This document shows positions 60,536-64,000 of a stretch of 64,000 nucleotides of DNA, piece after piece. A model generated the notes under the pieces. It had not been told where the DNA came from, ran no database searches, and saw only the letters and a list, made by a program, of their open reading frames with translations. The stretch covers positions 608,001 through 672,000 of the forward strand of contig OZ250153.1 in the NCBI GenBank assembly GCA_965237805.1, in the 5' to 3' direction. The position numbers were made by a program, and so were the translations under genes. The stretch comes from Gammaproteobacteria bacterium. GTDB taxonomy: Bacteria; Pseudomonadota; Gammaproteobacteria; JABABF01. Within the stretch, counting starts at the first letter, position 1; the number at the start of each line of letters is the position of its first letter.

Positions 60536-62500
60536 TCAAGGACCCGACGCAGTGACAGCGTAACAAGTGTTGCCAGTCCCCTGCGCCCTCTCAGGCGATT
60601 CATAGAGTTCCATCACATGGGTGCCGCCAGCCGAACTTTCAAAACTGAAAGTGCCGTTGTTTAGCCGCCCACAAGACCCGCCCCCGAAAGAGCTCAGGGT
60701 ACAGTTGAACGAGCCGGTTTGGCTGAGCAGTAGAACAGAACTCGTTCCACTAGGCAGTGGGCCACCGCTACTCAGCTGAGTCTGGATGTTGTAAGTGGCA
60801 CCAGCAACCGTGTCGATGCGGAAGAATCGGCGATTGGACAGTTTGTTGTAAGAGCCAAATGCCGTGCTGATGCAGGCCGTGGTCGTCGTTCCCGAGCTGC
60901 TCGGAGTCAATACCGTGTACACCGGCAACACATCGGTACTGCCCGCGCTGTTGGTCTCGTTGCTGCCATAGGCATCGATCGCAACAGAATTGATATTCTG
61001 GTCGGACACCAAAGTGTCGATGGCCGCCGCCTGAGACGGCTGCTTGGCTTTGAGCGCAGTGATGAAAGTGAAGATGGAGTTATAGGGGATACCCGTCCGG
61101 TGCTCATTGACCAGCACATCGTAGAGCGGTGCCAAGCCGAGTGTCACCGTGTCGAGACCCACTTCATCTTGGGCATCGAATAAATCGTAGATGATATAGA
61201 TCACAGAATCCTCATTAAACCAACCTTCTACCGCACTGTTAGCGCCACTGATGGTCTCAACACTGAAAGAGAAGCCACTAGAGGGAATCGAGCTGTCGAA
61301 GTAGATAGTCTCACCGGACATCATGGCACTCAGTGCGGTGGCTACACCCTCGCCAAAAGCAACGGTCATATCCAAACGGTCGCTGGAGCCGTGCTCCCCA
61401 CCGATACTATCGCTACGCGACACAGTCCCTTCAAAATGGTGCCCGAACTCATGCAGAATGACCGGGGCATCATACTCATCTGTATCCTCAAGCGGAGAGC
61501 CGAGTAGCGTGATTTGGTTATCGACGTAATAGGTGCCTCCCACCTCGCCAGCCGTGGCATCGCCAAATACCGAACTATTGCTGGCACTCCACCGCACGGT
61601 GAACGGTGTGATCGCAAGGCCACTAATGGCTGTGACAAGACTCTGCATCCCGCCGTATAGCGTGTCCAAAATGGCAAAGGGGGCAGCGGCACGCACCCCT
61701 GTATAAGCAGTGCCGTCCCAGCCTGAGCCAGCGTGCAGATCAAGCGTCAAGGCCACAGCACCCGAGCCCGTCGTGACCACCACAGCTGTCATGGGGCTGA
61801 CAAGGGAGTACATGGCATTGTTTTGGGTATTGTCAAGCACCGCCACATTCCACGAAGGTGTGCTGACCAGCTGCGCCAAAGCGCGCAACTGCACCGACCG
61901 TACCGACAACGATACAACTGCTGCGCCAATAGAATAGCTGCCACTGCTATTGGTCTGCCCGCTACCCAACACCACGCCACTGGCATCGACCAGTTCCACT
62001 GTGGCACCGCGCACGGGGGCGCTGATGATGCCCGCATAATTCAAAGCACCCGAGGCAGAAGCGGGGATGCGATCGTAGCTGAACTGCCCCGAGACAGACA
62101 ATGTATCGGGCTGGCAGGGGGCATTGGGATCAGAGGGGGAAAGAGTGACCGTGGTGTCGGCAAAGAGACTAGTCGTGCCATTATTCACTGTCAGTCGAAA
62201 GACCAATTGCCGTGGACAGCCCGAAACTCCGAGCAGGGAGGGATCGGCATAAAACAATGCCGTCGCTTGGTTGGCATTGCTCAGGCTGACCACAGGGGTA
62301 CCCAGCTGCGTCCACTGATAGCTCAGTGTGCCACTGGGACTGGTACCGCTGCCATTCAACATCACATCGCCGCCGACATTGGCCGTTTGAGCTGCCCCGG
62401 CGTTGACCGATAGCTGGGACGAGGCGTTATTGTCGCTGCCGCCGCAGGCACTGATCAGGGCGAGGCTCGCCAACAACAACGAAGCGCGCAGAGGACGCAT
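60536..62500 (-). CDS. Lipoprotein with PKD-like domain and HEXXH metallopeptidase motif
   Basis: Lipobox ISA|CGG; NAGAAQT..LNGSG..SYQWTQ; DTDEYD..VILHEFGHHFE..AFGEG; start re-picked. Confidence 0.78.
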   Translation of the reverse strand: MRPLRASLLLASLALISACGGSDNNASSQLSVNAGAAQTANVGGDVMLNGSGTSPSGTLSYQWTQLGTPVVSLSNANQATALFYADPSLLGVSGCPRQLVFRLTVNNGTTSLFADTTVTLSPSDPNAPCQPDTLSVSGQFSYDRIPASASGALNYAGIISAPVRGATVELVDASGVVLGSGQTNSSGSYSIGAAVVSLSVRSVQLRALAQLVSTPSWNVAVLDNTQNNAMYSLVSPMTAVVVTTGSGAVALTLDLHAGSGWDGTAYTGVRAAAPFAILDTLYGGMQSLVTAISGLAITPFTVRWSASNSSVFGDATAGEVGGTYYVDNQITLLGSPLEDTDEYDAPVILHEFGHHFEGTVSRSDSIGGEHGSSDRLDMTVAFGEGVATALSAMMSGETIYFDSSIPSSGFSFSVETISGANSAVEGWFNEDSVIYIIYDLFDAQDEVGLDTVTLGLAPLYDVLVNEHRTGIPYNSIFTFITALKAKQPSQAAAIDTLVSDQNINSVAIDAYGSNETNSAGSTDVLPVYTVLTPSSSGTTTTACISTAFGSYNKLSNRRFFRIDTVAGATYNIQTQLSSGGPLPSGTSSVLLLSQTGSFNCTLSSFGGGSCGRLNNGTFSFESSAGGTHVMELYESPERAQGTGNTCYAVTASGP

Positions 62501-62704
62501 GGCAGCTAGGCGCATCTGCTCAAGCCGCGACTTAGAGCTTGCGCAACTGACATTTCGCCAGCTTTCCACACCCTGCAGATACAACCTATCCATCTTAGTC
62601 ATTCTAGCCATAACAGCCAGCTACGGCAAGTAGCGGCGCATGCTGGCGAGACCGGTAGCCAGCAGGGAATACGCCGAATTGCAGCAGGCGGCAGACCAGT
62701 CCAC

Positions 62705-64000
62705 TCAGACCGCCTCCCAGCACAACAGGTGATAGTGCTTCTTGCCGCGGCGCAACAGGTGATAGCGGCCATAGAGGCCATCTGCCGCCCGCAACACGGT
62801 ATCCACATCGCGCTGCTGACAGCCATTGACGCTGATCGCTCCCTCGCGCACGAATTTCCGTGCTTGACCGATGGTCACAGCACCGCGCGGCGTGCGTGCC
62901 AAGCCGCCCAGCACCAGCGCCTCCAGCAACGGCAACTCCACCGCCCCGAGGCGCGTGCACGGCAGGCCATCCTGTGCCAGCTGCGCCAAATCCCCCTCTT
63001 CTAGCGTCTCGATTGCCGTCCCGAACAGCGCCTCGCTAATACGCTGCACCGCCGCCAGCCCCGCTGCCCCGTGCACCAGCTGCGTCAATTCCTCGGCCAA
63101 ATAGCGCGGTGCCTGCAGCTGGCCATCGGCATCGGCATCGAGCTGCTCGTCACGCTGCAGCTGCGCCAACGGCGCGGCACTGAAATAGCGACGGTATTGA
63201 TGGACATCGGCATCGGGCACATTGCGCCAGAACTGGTAGAAGGCATAGGGTGATGTCAACCCAGAGTCGAGCCACACCGCGCCCGCCTCCGTCTTGCCAA
63301 ACTTGCCACCATCAGCACGCGTCACGAGCGGCATGGTCAGACCGAATAACTCGGCACCGTCACGGCGCCGAGCCAGCTCGATGCCAGCGGTGATATTGCC
63401 CCACTGGTCGCTACCACCCAGCTGTGCGGTGCAAGCATGGCGGCGACGCAGCTCATCGAAGTCCTCGGCTTGCAACAGCGCGTAGCTGAACTCGGCGAAT
63501 GAAATGCCAGCATCCTCGCGCTCCAAGCGGCGGCGCACCGACTCGCGACGCAACATGGTGTTGACTGAGCTGTGTTTGCCCGGATCACGCAGGAAATCCA
63601 ACAGCTGCCGCTCACCGTACCAGGAGAGGTTGCGCTCGATGAGCAGCGTGCCGGGTAGCGGCGCACCATCCGCCGCTGGCGCATCGAGTACAGCACGCAG
63701 CTGCACCTCGAGCCGATCGGCGCTGTGGGCAACCCGCTCCGGGTCGGCCAGCGTGCGCTCCTCCTCCTTGAAGCTGGGATCGCCCACCTGAGCGGTGGCA
63801 TCGCCGATCAACGCAATCACCGTGTGACCGGCGACCCGCAGCCGACGCAGTGCGATCAGCGGCATCAGGCTACCGACATGCAGGCTGTCGGCGGTCGGGT
63901 CAAAGCCACAGTAGAGCGTGCGTGAGGTCGCGGCCAAGTGGGCTGCCAAGCGCACCTCGTCACCAGCGATCTGCGCGACCAGCCCGCGCTGGTACCATTC
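62705..64000 (-). CDS. tyrS: Tyrosine--tRNA ligase (5' end outside window)
   Basis: YCGFDPTADSLHVGS, QLGGSDQWGNI, KFGKT, S4-like C-terminus. Confidence 0.97.
   Translation of the reverse strand, partial: EWYQRGLVAQIAGDEVRLAAHLAATSRTLYCGFDPTADSLHVGSLMPLIALRRLRVAGHTVIALIGDATAQVGDPSFKEEERTLADPERVAHSADRLEVQLRAVLDAPAADGAPLPGTLLIERNLSWYGERQLLDFLRDPGKHSSVNTMLRRESVRRRLEREDAGISFAEFSYALLQAEDFDELRRRHACTAQLGGSDQWGNITAGIELARRRDGAELFGLTMPLVTRADGGKFGKTEAGAVWLDSGLTSPYAFYQFWRNVPDADVHQYRRYFSAAPLAQLQRDEQLDADADGQLQAPRYLAEELTQLVHGAAGLAAVQRISEALFGTAIETLEEGDLAQLAQDGLPCTRLGAVELPLLEALVLGGLARTPRGAVTIGQARKFVREGAISVNGCQQRDVDTVLRAADGLYGRYHLLRRGKKHYHLLCWEAV

Overview
GC-rich gammaproteobacterial chromosome segment. A host-associated marine lineage such as a sponge symbiont is suggested by gene content (Sel1 repeats, GT2/FkbM genes, many amidohydrolases), but this is inference only. 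The housekeeping backbone is petB(partial)-petA, rpsI-rplM, tRNA-Gln(CTG), proS, mutS, pncC-recA-recX, Hsp20, nadE, minor pilins, ispH-lspA-ileS-ribF-murJ-pyrB, sbcB, class I fumarase, groESL, ampG and tyrS(partial). Accessory modules sit between these genes: (i) an N-formylglutamate amidohydrolase + YbdK ligase pair ahead of pncC-recA; (ii) a 9-gene co-directional catabolic cluster (SnoaL, SDR, MaoC, amidohydrolase, NUDT19-like NUDIX, unknown protein, HAD, CitE, Tat-lipoprotein amidase); (iii) three tandem GT2 paralogs; (iv) a D-aminoacylase-like enzyme + MFS and an AT-rich FkbM pseudogene; (v) a porin/FMN-binding/PepSY-like operon with a Fur-like box; (vi) an AT-richer islet with a sodium:solute symporter coupled to nicotinamidase; (vii) a lipoprotein HEXXH metallopeptidase with a partner gene. 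Regulatory signals read by eye include sigma32 promoters, a ROSE-like thermometer, sigma70 promoters and two probable leaderless genes. I saw no CRISPR array, rRNA, integrase, transposase or reverse transcriptase. All family calls come from motif recognition by eye, with no database search, and several start codons are my own re-picks within the supplied ORFs.
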